From an uncultured bacterium (GTDB lineage: Bacteria; Acidobacteriota; HRBIN11; JAKEFK01): a DNA stretch of 64,000 nt. Below are positions 17,472 through 29,010 of this stretch, in pieces. Position 1 is the first letter of the stretch, and each line of letters opens with the position of its first letter. Where the stretch lies: contig CAVZQN010000004.1 in NCBI GenBank assembly GCA_963777505.1, positions 64,001-128,000 of the forward strand. Direction: 5' to 3'. The position numbers and the translations under genes were made by a program. The notes under the pieces were generated by a model, which was not told where the DNA came from, ran no database searches, and saw nothing but the letters and a program-made list of their open reading frames with translations.

Positions 17472-19082
17472 ATGAACGCTGTCAAGAAAGCCAATGGGGC
17501 GGAAGAAGGCTTAAAACTCGCTGCAATTGATATCGGTACTAACTCCATTCACATGGTAATTGTGCGAGTGGGTGAGCACCGCATTTTCGAAATCATTGAT
17601 CGTGAAAAGGAAATGGTTCAGCTTGGCAAAGGCAGCTTAATGCGGGGAAGGCTGACACAAGAGGCGATTGATCGCGGTTTAGCTGCGTTGAAGGCATTCC
17701 GTCAAATAGCGGACTCCCACAAAGTCGATCAGATCATTTGTACAGCTACAAGTGCTGTCCGTGAATCTTCCAATGGAAAAGATTTTGTGCGGATGGTGAA
17801 ACAAGAAACAGGAATTGAAATCCGCATTTTATCAGGCACAGAAGAAGCGCGGATGATCATGCTGGCTGTGCGCGATGTTGTAGATCTCAGCAATCAGCGT
17901 TCACTTGTTGTAGATATCGGCGGCGGAAGCATGGAACTTATCGTTGCAGATGCCCGCAACATTTTCCTGGCTATAAGCATTAAATCAGGTGTCATCCGGC
18001 TTACTGAAAGATTTATGAATAGCGATCCTCCATCTTCAAGAGATTTGAAAGCATTGAAGAAATGGTTGGATAGAAAAATAGCTCCCTTGAGCCGAAGAAT
18101 TCAAGATTTGCGTCCGCAAATTGCAATCGGTACATCAGGCACAATGCTAGCTCTTCGCGAACTCATTAAGCAGAATATAAAAGTAAAGAAAACAAAAGAG
18201 CGTGATGTGATGACGATTGAAGAAGTCGAAGAAATCAATGAGAAATTGCAAAAATCTTCGCTTCAAGAACGTTTGAAAATGCCTGGTATGGATCCGAAGC
18301 GTGTGGATCAAATTGTTGCAGGCGGCGCTCTCATAGAAATGATGATGGAAAAGTGCAGGGTAAATGAAATCTTGCTTTGTGATCGAGCTTTGCGTGAAGG
18401 GTTGATCGCAGATTATTTAATCAAGCTCAATCCCGCTGCGCCTTCAAAAATTCAAGCTCGTGAGTTGAGAAGCAAAAGCGTCTTGAATCTTCTTCACCGA
18501 TGGGAAATTGATCAGGGTCATGCAAACCATTCAGCACAACTAGCACTTCAGCTTTATGATGCCCTGGCTGAATATCATAAACATGGTCCACATGTGCGTG
18601 AATTGATGGAATATATCGCGCTTCTTCATGACATCGGACGTGTCATTTCTTATCCGCGCCATCAAAGACATGGGTGGTACATTGTAAAACAATCCAATCT
18701 CATCGGATTTAAGCCGAATGAGATTGATATTATTGCAGCCGCGATTGCATATCATCGTGGAAAAAAGCCGCGTAAGAAAGATCGTTACATGGAGAACTTA
18801 GGACGTAAAGAGCGCAGAATTGTAAAATTGCTGACAGGTATTTTGCGTGTTTCCGATGGGATGGATCGCCAGCACAATCAATCTATCGTCCGGATTGAAG
18901 CGAAACGGGAAGGCCCCAATCATCTTGCAATTATGCTGTATTCGAATCAGCCTGCATTGATTCCTCTTCGTGCGGCAGTCGAACGCTCCGATTTACTTCA
19001 AAGAATGCTGGACTTACGGCAAATCGAATTTCGAGTGGAATCTACAACTCAGGTTGCTCAAATGCGCACCAGCGCCGACTAG
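17472..19082 (+). CDS. ppx: Exopolyphosphatase / guanosine pentaphosphate phosphohydrolase with HD domain
   Basis: AAIDIGTNSIH, ATSAVRE, DIGGGSME, ALREG, LHDIG. ATG 17472 preferred; the track starts at 17433 inside the terminator. Confidence 0.92.
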   Translation: MNAVKKANGAEEGLKLAAIDIGTNSIHMVIVRVGEHRIFEIIDREKEMVQLGKGSLMRGRLTQEAIDRGLAALKAFRQIADSHKVDQIICTATSAVRESSNGKDFVRMVKQETGIEIRILSGTEEARMIMLAVRDVVDLSNQRSLVVDIGGGSMELIVADARNIFLAISIKSGVIRLTERFMNSDPPSSRDLKALKKWLDRKIAPLSRRIQDLRPQIAIGTSGTMLALRELIKQNIKVKKTKERDVMTIEEVEEINEKLQKSSLQERLKMPGMDPKRVDQIVAGGALIEMMMEKCRVNEILLCDRALREGLIADYLIKLNPAAPSKIQARELRSKSVLNLLHRWEIDQGHANHSAQLALQLYDALAEYHKHGPHVRELMEYIALLHDIGRVISYPRHQRHGWYIVKQSNLIGFKPNEIDIIAAAIAYHRGKKPRKKDRYMENLGRKERRIVKLLTGILRVSDGMDRQHNQSIVRIEAKREGPNHLAIMLYSNQPALIPLRAAVERSDLLQRMLDLRQIEFRVESTTQVAQMRTSAD

Positions 19083-19094
19083 GATTTTGCGTCT

Positions 19095-19583
19095 TTACTT
19101 CATTAGCCGGAGCACTTGCGGTGTCAGGTGAAAGATCAATGTACCTGACTTACGTGCGGGGCTGCTTACATCGATACGACAGATCGCGCCTTTCTTGAAT
19201 TGAATCTCCATCGATCCAGACCCTTCCAATAAATAGGATGTAAGGACAGAGCAATTCGGTTCGTGGCCCACAAGCATCACGCTATCTAATTTTTTCAGGC
19301 CATGCAATTTGGAACAGACTTGTTCAGGCGAATAGCCTGGCGATAATTCCACTAATTCTTCAACTTTGCCATCAAGCGCTTTTGCAAGAATTTCTGCAGT
19401 TTGTTTGGCTCGTACTAATGGGCTTGAAAAAATTCTATCGATTGAATAATCCAGACGTGCAAAGCCTGAAGCGGCCTCTTTCATTTTTTGACGCCCTTCT
19501 TCTGTTAAAGCGCGAGCAGCGTCGCCTCCTCCTTTCGAAGGGGCATCCTCTGCAATTCCATGACGAACAATATAGATTTCCAT
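19095..19583 (-). CDS. sixA: Phosphohistidine phosphatase SixA
   Basis: IVRHGIAE, R.LT..G, SSPLVRAKQTA, LVGHEP. Confidence 0.9.
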   Translation of the reverse strand: MEIYIVRHGIAEDAPSKGGGDAARALTEEGRQKMKEAASGFARLDYSIDRIFSSPLVRAKQTAEILAKALDGKVEELVELSPGYSPEQVCSKLHGLKKLDSVMLVGHEPNCSVLTSYLLEGSGSMEIQFKKGAICRIDVSSPARKSGTLIFHLTPQVLRLMK

Positions 19584-19617
19584 ATTGATATTATTTCACA
19601 GTTTGGTTGATTGCCGG

Positions 19618-19751
19618 CGAGACAGTCCGAAGACGCAAGAATAGTTAGTGTTTGCAGTTTGCAGCGCTGGCCTCTGGCCGGCAAGCTTGAGCTAAAATTG
19701 TGATTTAGCCGGCGAGAACGCCAGCGTTACAAAGCGTTTCGGACAGTCTCG
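19618..19751. mobile_element. MITE-like element with terminal IR and an internal inverted REP-like pair
   Basis: CGAGACAGTCCGAAGACGC / GCGTTTCGGACAGTCTCG; inner GCAGCGCTGGCCTCTGGCCGGC ... GCCGGCGAGAACGCCAGCGTTAC. Confidence 0.6.
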
Positions 19752-19756
19752 GGAGC

Positions 19757-21424
19757 TTACTCGCTCCTTGGAGGTAATGGTTTGGGCATCGGTTTGCGCG
19801 GCAACAAATCATCTCTATTTGCAGCATGATATACAACAGATGCAATTACTGCAGAAGCCTGCATCAAATCTGCCGATTGAATATGTTCGTACGAATCAAT
19901 ATTGCTGTGGTGTGTGCGCTTACTGTATTCCGCTTCATCTTGAATGAATTGAAATCCTGGAATGCCTACTGCATCAAAAGACAAATGATCTGTCCCGCTC
20001 GTATATCGGATCGTTATTGTTGAAACACCTAAATCCTCAAAGGGATTAAACCATTTAGCAAATATAGGTCGCATCATATCGTTTCCCTGTAAATAAACAC
20101 CTCGAATTTTTCCTGTACCGTTGTCGAGATTGAAGTAGCCAGAGATTTTTGAATGAGTGGGCTGAGGTTTCATTGTCACAGGATCTGCAAAATTCTTCTC
20201 AACGTAACGGCGCGATCCATACAAAGCTTGTTCTTCGCCATCCCATAATGCTAAGCGAACGGTTCGATCCAAAGGCAAATTCAAATTCTTCAAAATGCGC
20301 ATAACTTCAAGCATGACTGCACAACCGGCTGCATTATCGGTAGCTCCTGTCGCAGAATGCCAGGAATCAAGATGAGCACCGATCATTACAAGTTCATCTT
20401 TTTTCTTACCACCGGGGATTTCAGCGATTACATTCATCCCATCGACCGGTTTTTCAGGCATTGAAACTTGAAGATCAAGTTCCAATTCTACAGGTGTCTT
20501 TTTTTCAATGAGGCGGATCATTCTTGTATATTGTTCGGGTTCAAGTGCGAACATTGGCGGACCTAATGGCGCATTTGAATGCCACGAACTTCCTTCCTGC
20601 GCATACAAAGTGCCACCAATCCCACGTTTTGAAGCAGTTAACATTGCAATGACTCCTTCACGAGCCAACAATGCATTGAACTGATCAATACTTCTTTGTT
20701 GTTCCTCCCATAACTCACCTTCTATTGCCAGCGGAAGAGAGTCCATCAGTTCATCACGTTTTTTTTCATCTTCCGGTAATGTCAGAATCGGCCATTTAAA
20801 AGATGGCCAAACAAAAGGTTCCGGAGCATCTCCCATTTCAGAAAGTTCTTTTTCGGAATACCGTTGAAATGGTGCTTCGGTGAATGGAGTCAGTTCTCTT
20901 GGAGGATCCACCAGAACGATCTTTCCTTGCAACTGGCCTTTGTACTTCGATTCGTATTCCTTCACTTTTTCTCGCAACCTTGTAGGATCTGTTTTAATCC
21001 AATCTTCCCAGGGCTGCAAAAAAGGAGCATAAATGACATCACCTTTTACCGCTCCCGAAGTTGATGGAGACCAAGCGAGTGGGAATGCAAGCAGCGGAGC
21101 GTAAGAAGGCTTGATAATATGCGCCGAAAGTCTTTGAAGAGACCAGCTGCGTCCAAATTCACCCCACGAATCAAGCCGCGCATTTGTGATGCCCCATTCT
21201 TTCAACTGATTTACTGACCATTCCGCAGCTTTTCTATATTGAGGCGATCCGGATAGCCGTGGACCATTGATGTCCGTTAAATAAAAAAGATGATCCATAA
21301 CTTTTCCATTCCGAAAGGCTTCATCTTTTATCTTATGAACCGTAACTAAATCGACATCATCCTCGGAGATCGCATTTGAGGCGGTTAAGACAAGCAAAAA
21401 AAGCAGGAAGGAATACTTTTTCAC
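19757..21424 (-). CDS. M28 family metallopeptidase (carboxypeptidase Q-like), secreted
   Basis: GPRLSGS, GAHLDSW, GATDNAAG, GEEQ, TDHLSF, HHSNID; GTG 21424 follows AGGAG. Confidence 0.9.
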   Translation of the reverse strand: MKKYSFLLFLLVLTASNAISEDDVDLVTVHKIKDEAFRNGKVMDHLFYLTDINGPRLSGSPQYRKAAEWSVNQLKEWGITNARLDSWGEFGRSWSLQRLSAHIIKPSYAPLLAFPLAWSPSTSGAVKGDVIYAPFLQPWEDWIKTDPTRLREKVKEYESKYKGQLQGKIVLVDPPRELTPFTEAPFQRYSEKELSEMGDAPEPFVWPSFKWPILTLPEDEKKRDELMDSLPLAIEGELWEEQQRSIDQFNALLAREGVIAMLTASKRGIGGTLYAQEGSSWHSNAPLGPPMFALEPEQYTRMIRLIEKKTPVELELDLQVSMPEKPVDGMNVIAEIPGGKKKDELVMIGAHLDSWHSATGATDNAAGCAVMLEVMRILKNLNLPLDRTVRLALWDGEEQALYGSRRYVEKNFADPVTMKPQPTHSKISGYFNLDNGTGKIRGVYLQGNDMMRPIFAKWFNPFEDLGVSTITIRYTSGTDHLSFDAVGIPGFQFIQDEAEYSKRTHHSNIDSYEHIQSADLMQASAVIASVVYHAANRDDLLPRKPMPKPLPPRSE

Positions 21425-21502
21425 GGTGTTGGCTCCTTGTTTGATTGTTGCATGACGATTGCATACAGGCAATGTCCTCCGAATCTGCTATGGTAAAAGA
21501 GA

Positions 21503-23671
21503 ATGTCTTGGTACATGGGGTTAGGCGACCTAGTCCGCAATCCACAACTGTTATTGGTAACTCTTATTGTATTGCTGACTTTGTTCTTCGGTATTTTGAC
21601 TTTATTGAAGCCTCTTCGCAATTCTGAAAATCATAAAATCACACTAGGCCTTGCCCTTCTCTTTGGAATTGGGCTCTGCTCCTATTTTGCTCCTGGAGAT
21701 GTTGGCGGCGGGGATAGTCATTCTCATATCGCACGGACCTGGTTGTTCAGCAACATACTGAGTGAGGAGCATCATTTTCCGATTTGGTCCAATCGTTGGT
21801 ATTTCGGTTATCCGTCAGAACTATATTACGGATTTTTTTATTATCAGATTTCCGCACTGATTAGTTTTGCTTTTAACAATGATGTATTTCTGGGAACAAA
21901 AATCACTTTATGGGTTTGTCATGTATTGTCCGGATTTTTTATGTTTCTGTTCATTCGAATGCGGACGAGAAGCGGAATTTGTGCACTATTTGGTGCTGTA
22001 TTTTACGTTTTTTCCTTTCAGCATATTGGGCTGATGTTATATTCAGGCTACTTAACTTTAAGCCTAATTTTTCTATTGACACCAATTTTCTTTATCTACT
22101 TTGAACTTCACAACCAACATCGATTGTCGACTCTGAGCGCGGCTTTTTCAGCGGCATTGATCCTATTTTTGATGCTTATCACGCACGTTCAATACGGCCT
22201 TCTGGCGTCATTTGGAAGCCTTCTGGCAGTTTTCATATATCTACTTTTTGATACAAAACGGCGTAGAGATCGCACTGTTTTTTTACTTTCTACGATTCTC
22301 ATTTTTTCACTGTTATCGTTATGGTTTATCGTTCCGTTTTTTACGGACTCTAGCAATCTTGTTTTGTCTTCTTGGAATTCTGCGGAAGAAATTGAAGATT
22401 TGTCATGGAATCGACTGCTCCAATTTAATAACTTTGTTCTTTGGTCCCGCGTCAAAAATTCCTGGATGTATTACTACCTGGGCATAACAACCCTCGTATT
22501 TGCATTCATTGGACTCTTCAGCAGAAACGACGATCGATTATTAAAAAGCTGTAAAGTCTTATTTGTGTTTGGGGTCTTCATGACCTTCTTGATTCCCAGA
22601 TATGTTTTTCTATGGTTCTTTTTTATTTGTGTGATGTCGGCATATGGCATTTTAAGATTCGAAGAGTATCTAAAAAATCGGCCCCTCAGGCACCAGAAAT
22701 TCGCTTACATTTTTCTTGCTGCAGCGGTGACATTAGATCTCGGACTTGCAGCCGTTCAGACTCCATTCAATAAATTCTCAAACCTTGACATAGCTGAAAT
22801 ACAAAAGGAAATGACTGATCGAGGTGAGCTTGGAAGAATTCTTGTACTGTCGAAAAACCAGAATCAAACTCTGTGGCGTAGTTTGGATGTTATTGGCACG
22901 AATGCATCGTCCGCTTTTGGAGGGATTCCACAGTCTGCAACGAAGAATTATCCGTATGTCACGGCAATGGCCGCGAAAGCAGCAAAAGAAATTCTGGATA
23001 ATGAAGGCTCAATGTCGCAAGAAACGTATGATGCATTCCGTTTACTCAATATTAAGCGTGTGTTTGTACCATCAATGTCAAAAACCATAAAAATTGCAGG
23101 AGCCTATCCTGCCTGGTTTTCGACTCGTTTGATAAGAAATACCACTGATACAGCGGTTCTTGATAAACAGTCATGGGATTCACTTCGGCCAAAGTACGAC
23201 GATCGATCTCTTGATTATTCAATCACGACTGCATTTACAAAAAAGATGAAATTAGATCCTTCTTTACCTTTAGCAGAAAATATAGTTCTCCATTCCTCTT
23301 ATTCGCAGGACGTCATTTCAAAATTAAACACAACTTCGGACGGAGAGTCCGTTTCATTTGAAATCAATAATGCAAAAGAGACACATTCTTCCTTCGATAT
23401 TGAATTCAAGAGTTCATCGCCAGGTTATCTTCACCTTTCTTACTCATACTTTCCTTTTAACCGTGTAGAAGTAGACGGTCAAGAGACGAAAGCTTATCGA
23501 TCCGCTGAGCACTTTACGGTTGTACAAATTCCATCAGGAAAACATAAGCTCACAATAACAGCGCATATATCGAAAACACGGCACATACTGATTTATGTTG
23601 CGCTGATCCTGGCTATCGTATTGAGCTTCGTATCGATCTTCAAAGCCTACAAAACAGATGTAAGAAATTAA
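21503..23671 (+). CDS. YfhO/PTPS-related GT-C-like polytopic membrane protein
   Basis: GDSHSH, W...WYFGYP...Y loop, many TM helices, C-terminal Y.P...V.VDG...IPSGKH domain. Confidence 0.7.
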   Translation: MSWYMGLGDLVRNPQLLLVTLIVLLTLFFGILTLLKPLRNSENHKITLGLALLFGIGLCSYFAPGDVGGGDSHSHIARTWLFSNILSEEHHFPIWSNRWYFGYPSELYYGFFYYQISALISFAFNNDVFLGTKITLWVCHVLSGFFMFLFIRMRTRSGICALFGAVFYVFSFQHIGLMLYSGYLTLSLIFLLTPIFFIYFELHNQHRLSTLSAAFSAALILFLMLITHVQYGLLASFGSLLAVFIYLLFDTKRRRDRTVFLLSTILIFSLLSLWFIVPFFTDSSNLVLSSWNSAEEIEDLSWNRLLQFNNFVLWSRVKNSWMYYYLGITTLVFAFIGLFSRNDDRLLKSCKVLFVFGVFMTFLIPRYVFLWFFFICVMSAYGILRFEEYLKNRPLRHQKFAYIFLAAAVTLDLGLAAVQTPFNKFSNLDIAEIQKEMTDRGELGRILVLSKNQNQTLWRSLDVIGTNASSAFGGIPQSATKNYPYVTAMAAKAAKEILDNEGSMSQETYDAFRLLNIKRVFVPSMSKTIKIAGAYPAWFSTRLIRNTTDTAVLDKQSWDSLRPKYDDRSLDYSITTAFTKKMKLDPSLPLAENIVLHSSYSQDVISKLNTTSDGESVSFEINNAKETHSSFDIEFKSSSPGYLHLSYSYFPFNRVEVDGQETKAYRSAEHFTVVQIPSGKHKLTITAHISKTRHILIYVALILAIVLSFVSIFKAYKTDVRN

Positions 23672-23725
23672 TTCACGCGGAAAAAACCGCAAATTTCTCG
23701 AGTAGAAATATCGAAGAAATAGTTC

Positions 23726-23863
23726 TTGACAACTTTGGAAAATGACCTATTATAGGTCCTGCTGCAAATCCTGCAGAAATTGCAAATAGGCCATAAAGAT
23801 CCCCCAAAAGATCTTTTGAATTTGCAAAGGGCTATTGACAGTCTCGATGTCATAGCGTACACT
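23726..23863 (+). promoter_or_regulatory. Tandem rRNA promoters P1/P2
   Basis: TTGACA-N16-TATTAT (23726-23753) and TTGACA-N17-TACACT (23835-23863); boxA-like GATCTTTGAAAA at 23961. Confidence 0.75.
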
Positions 23864-24076
23864 ACGAAATTGTCCCTACCGCAAAATTGGGTTTGGGAAA
23901 GTTGTCTCTGAAAAGAAAATCCAACAACTTTTTTTGGGGTTGAATTTTCTTCTGAGAATTGATCTTTGAAAAATGAACAGTGCCAACGATGAGTGAGGGC
24001 ACTCAAGAAGTTTCTTGAATTAGCCTGACTTCTGCGTAAAGCAGAAAACAGGATTAGTTCTTTAGTTGATTAAGTT

Positions 24077-25636
<1,560 letters not shown>

Positions 25637-25776
25637 TTAGGGAGAACCGAATTCATATCACTTCGGTGATTTAATGAATTCCAGGTTGATTTACTTCGGT
25701 AAATCATCCCTCAAAAGTTTTATGTGTCCCTTGCAAATTGAAAGCACTGTTCATCTTTGAGAGATTCAAAAATTAT

Positions 25777-25850
25777 TATCTAGACGTGGCGCAATACCAC
25801 GGTTTAGAAAGAAGGCCAGGGATCATCCTAATTCCTGGCCTTTTTTGATT
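25777..25850 (+). repeat. Hairpin + terminator element, copy 1 (rrs terminator)
   Basis: TCTAGACGTGG-CGCAATA-CCACGGTTTAGA then AAGGCCAGGGA-TCATCCTAAT-TCCTGGCCTT-TTTT; near-identical copy at 28214. Confidence 0.85.
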
Positions 25851-25949
25851 ACCGCAGAGACTCTGAGTCTTTGCGGTTAAGATCCAAATTTTCTCTTGCT
25901 CCCAACTTCGCATTTGGAGTCCTTCCAATCTGTAGCTAGAATTAGAGAC

Positions 25950-27464
25950 ATGTATCGACCTATCTTATTGGTTCTTAGTTTCTTTTTCTTACTAACTCTT
26001 GATGCAACTGCTGCAGAAAAACGGTTCTTCATTGAATTTGATCGTGTAGACGTTGCGGCTGAAAATAGTGTTCGTGAAGTAGGAGGCCGGATCGTCCATC
26101 GTTTTTCCGAATACCGTGTTGTTTCAGCATGGTTGTCTGAAGCAGGTCTTGAAAGAATGAAGGGTAATCCATATGTAAGAAAGATCGAACCGGATCCGGA
26201 ACGTTATCCAATGGCTGAATCGATCCCCTATGGTCTTTCCCTGGTGCAAGCCGATCTGTTGAGTGATCAATTTTCTGGAAACCGGAAGGTTTGTATCGTT
26301 GATTCTGGTTTTCAACAAGCACATGAAGATCTTCAAAACTCGCGGCTCGCAGGTATAAGCCTTGGAGATTATGGTAAGCCTCTTGAAGATCGATGCGGAC
26401 ATGGAAGTCATGTCGCGGGAATTATTGCGGCTCTGGACAACGAGGTTGGTGTGCTTGGAGTGTTGCCAGGCAATCGTCTCAAAATTCATGTCGTCAAGGT
26501 ATTTAACAATGATTGCGAGATGACTTTTGCTTCAGATCTAACGAATGCAATTCGAGTTTGTCGCAATGCCGGAGCTAATGTCATCAACATGAGCCTGGGC
26601 GGCCCGTCATCCAGTTCGTTCGAAAGGACTGCTTTTGAAGATGCAAATAGAGCAGGCATCCTTTCAGTTGCAGCAGCAGGAAATGAAGGGGATACCAGTT
26701 TTTCTTATCCGGCTTCTTATGATGCTGTTATTTCAGTGGCGGCGATCAACTCAAAGCGAACCCTGGCTTCCTTTTCTCAGAGAAATAATCAAGTAGACTT
26801 AGCGGCGCCGGGAGTAGATGTTCTTTCCACCGTTTCATACATTGAGACGAACTCAGCAACGGTTGATACCAAAGCGTATCGCGGCAACTGGATTGAAAAT
26901 GCGGCTCGTTCAGCAGGAGTTACCGGTCCATTAGTGAATGGTGCATTGTGTAAGTCACCGTCACCTGCATGGAGAGGAAACGTTGTTTTGTGCAGACGTG
27001 GCGAGATCACATTTCAGAACAAAGTTGAAAATGTACAATCCAGCGGTGGGCTTGCAGCGATTATCTTTAACAATGCGCCAGGAAATTTCAGCGGAACGTT
27101 AGGAGATGGTAGCCGATCAAACATTCCCGCGATCAGTTTGAGCCGGATTGATGGAGCCTTTTTGCTGGCAAATAAGTTAAGAAAGGAAGTGAAAGTAATT
27201 AGTCAGCATAGACAACCTGCCAACGGATATGAATTGCTAAGCGGAACTTCCATGGCCTCGCCGCATGTAGCTGGAATTGCAGCACTCATATGGAGTCACA
27301 ATCCGCAATGGACCAATGAACAGATCCGGCAAGCACTGCAAACCACTGCGCGAGATTTGGGGCCACCAGGCAGAGACAATTCCTTCGGTTTCGGGCTTCC
27401 TCAGGCTCAGGCTGCACTCGATTGGCTCCGAGCCCAAAGTGCCTCATTGTCGAAGAACGATTAA
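25950..27464 (+). CDS. Secreted S8 subtilisin-like serine protease with propeptide and PA domain
   Basis: VCIVDSG, HGSHVAG, AAGN, GTSMASPHVAG triad; PA insert CRRGEITFQNKV; signal peptide from ATG 25950. Confidence 0.93.
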   Translation: MYRPILLVLSFFFLLTLDATAAEKRFFIEFDRVDVAAENSVREVGGRIVHRFSEYRVVSAWLSEAGLERMKGNPYVRKIEPDPERYPMAESIPYGLSLVQADLLSDQFSGNRKVCIVDSGFQQAHEDLQNSRLAGISLGDYGKPLEDRCGHGSHVAGIIAALDNEVGVLGVLPGNRLKIHVVKVFNNDCEMTFASDLTNAIRVCRNAGANVINMSLGGPSSSSFERTAFEDANRAGILSVAAAGNEGDTSFSYPASYDAVISVAAINSKRTLASFSQRNNQVDLAAPGVDVLSTVSYIETNSATVDTKAYRGNWIENAARSAGVTGPLVNGALCKSPSPAWRGNVVLCRRGEITFQNKVENVQSSGGLAAIIFNNAPGNFSGTLGDGSRSNIPAISLSRIDGAFLLANKLRKEVKVISQHRQPANGYELLSGTSMASPHVAGIAALIWSHNPQWTNEQIRQALQTTARDLGPPGRDNSFGFGLPQAQAALDWLRAQSASLSKND

Positions 27465-27554
27465 CTGACAGGCAGCAATTCTCTCGAAGCGAAGATTTCT
27501 CTAAAGTACGTCGACTCACATTGTGAAACGTCTGTATTAAGCAGGAGAAATAAC

Positions 27555-28172
27555 ATGAGCGATCTTAAAGGTATTAGCGGTAGTTCTGCAGCGCATTTTT
27601 CCGGATCCCATTCTTCTCAAGATCGAGTAACAACCGTAAAAGTAGGTGAAAATACTTTAGCCGATGTAGCCAGACGTTTGGGTAATGGAGTTACGGAAGA
27701 AGCCTTACGTAAGGAAAATCCTCACATTAAGAATTCTGTTCTACCCGGTCAAGACATTCGTCTGCCTCCCCGAGATGAAATTAAGTCATCAAAACCAAAG
27801 AAAGAGGAAACGGTATCCGAACCTAAAAACGAAGAGCCTACAGAACCAAGGAAAACTCAGCCTAAAAAGGACACAGTCAATGTTCGGGAGGGCAGAGTGG
27901 GTGATTACAAAGTTCGGCCCACAGTTGTGCCAGCAACTGATGATACCTATGATCGTGGCGGAACCAACTCAAACCGTAAGGACGATCAATCGAGGTTGGA
28001 TCGTTCCAGACCAAGAGACGAACGAGATCTCGATCCAAGGGTAATTGAAGCAGATAAAAAGAAAAAAATTGAAGAAAGCGCAAAGCATGTAGATCGTGGG
28101 CGAATTGATCCGGCAAAAGTTGAACAAGAAAAAGAACTGATCAGACAATTAGGAAAAAAAGTACAGAAATAA
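27555..28172 (+). CDS. LysM-domain protein with charged low-complexity C-terminus
   Basis: VKVGENTLADVARRLG..VTEEALRKENP..LPGQDIRLP; RBS AGGAG. Confidence 0.75.
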   Translation: MSDLKGISGSSAAHFSGSHSSQDRVTTVKVGENTLADVARRLGNGVTEEALRKENPHIKNSVLPGQDIRLPPRDEIKSSKPKKEETVSEPKNEEPTEPRKTQPKKDTVNVREGRVGDYKVRPTVVPATDDTYDRGGTNSNRKDDQSRLDRSRPRDERDLDPRVIEADKKKKIEESAKHVDRGRIDPAKVEQEKELIRQLGKKVQK

Positions 28173-28213
28173 AACCAATTGAGTAGTCTTTTTTGAGAAA
28201 TTAAAAAAAATCA

Positions 28214-28287
28214 TATCTAGATGTGGCGCAATACCAGGGTTTAGAAGGAAGGCCAGGGAATCATCCTAATTCCTGGCCTTTTTGATT
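28214..28287 (+). repeat. Hairpin + terminator element, copy 2
   Basis: 3 substitutions and 2 single-base indels versus 25777-25850. Confidence 0.85.
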
Positions 28288-28307
28288 CTGAAGCGAGTCA
28301 TAGACTC

Positions 28308-28895
28308 TTACCCCATTGCTTCCCTATTGATCTTCGTTTGCAATTGCTCCGTCAATTGTTGCTCGCAACCGCCGAACTTAAGAAAAACCGACTCATTCAC
28401 CTGCTCCATTTGAAGTTTGTTCTGATTTTCAAAATTGTTGCTTTCAGCTTTTTTGTCCTCGGCTTCGCCAAGTTTAACTTTGATTTTAGTATTTAATTCA
28501 GCCGCCCGTTTAGCAGCAGTCTCCGCAGTTTGAAGATCAATTTGAGTCAGACTGTCCACTGTTCTCTCCTGGACTGAATGAAGACGGAAGTTCGATTTAA
28601 CCCAAGTTTTTAGGTCTTTTGCAATCCCAATTTGATCTTCGATTCTCACTTTCGATTGAATGAAGTTGTTCACGTTGTTTTCTGTTAAAAGCTCTTTCTT
28701 AACTTTTGCTGCTGACGGAGGTAGAACAAGAGCCTTATCCAAAAACTCTGAAGATTTTGGTTTTTCGAATTCCGTATTTTGCGTTGCTGGAATCAAATTT
28801 TTCGATGCAATGTCCACCTTTTCATTCTTTGACACTTGTTCAGTAATGTTTTGGGAAAATAGATTTTGACTTCCAATTCGGTTAATGCTGGTCAT
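28308..28895 (-). CDS. Hypothetical helical/coiled-coil protein
   Basis: 195-aa ORF with RBS GGAGG and an upstream sigma54-like promoter. Confidence 0.65.
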   Translation of the reverse strand: MTSINRIGSQNLFSQNITEQVSKNEKVDIASKNLIPATQNTEFEKPKSSEFLDKALVLPPSAAKVKKELLTENNVNNFIQSKVRIEDQIGIAKDLKTWVKSNFRLHSVQERTVDSLTQIDLQTAETAAKRAAELNTKIKVKLGEAEDKKAESNNFENQNKLQMEQVNESVFLKFGGCEQQLTEQLQTKINREAMG

Positions 28896-28921
28896 TTTTA
28901 GTTTCCTCCAAACAACAGCTA

Positions 28922-28937
28922 AGCAACATTTATACCA
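28922..28937 (-). promoter_or_regulatory. Sigma54-type promoter
   Basis: TGGTATAAATGTTGCT matches TGG-N8-TTGC (GG-N10-GC). Confidence 0.55.
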
Positions 28938-29010
28938 GTCAGAAAATCAATCCTGTAGTTTTCAGGGGAGTGGAATATCCGACAGGAATGTCTGAAATGA
29001 TAGATTTTGT

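Noticed and set aside
25637-25775. tRNA in the 16S trailer
   Set aside because: Only two cUUCGg hairpins; no cloverleaf, TTCRA T-loop or acceptor stem
25777-28287. Integron attC sites or CRISPR repeats
   Set aside because: Ends do not fit RYYYAAC/GTTRRRY, spacing is kilobases, and there is no intI or cas gene
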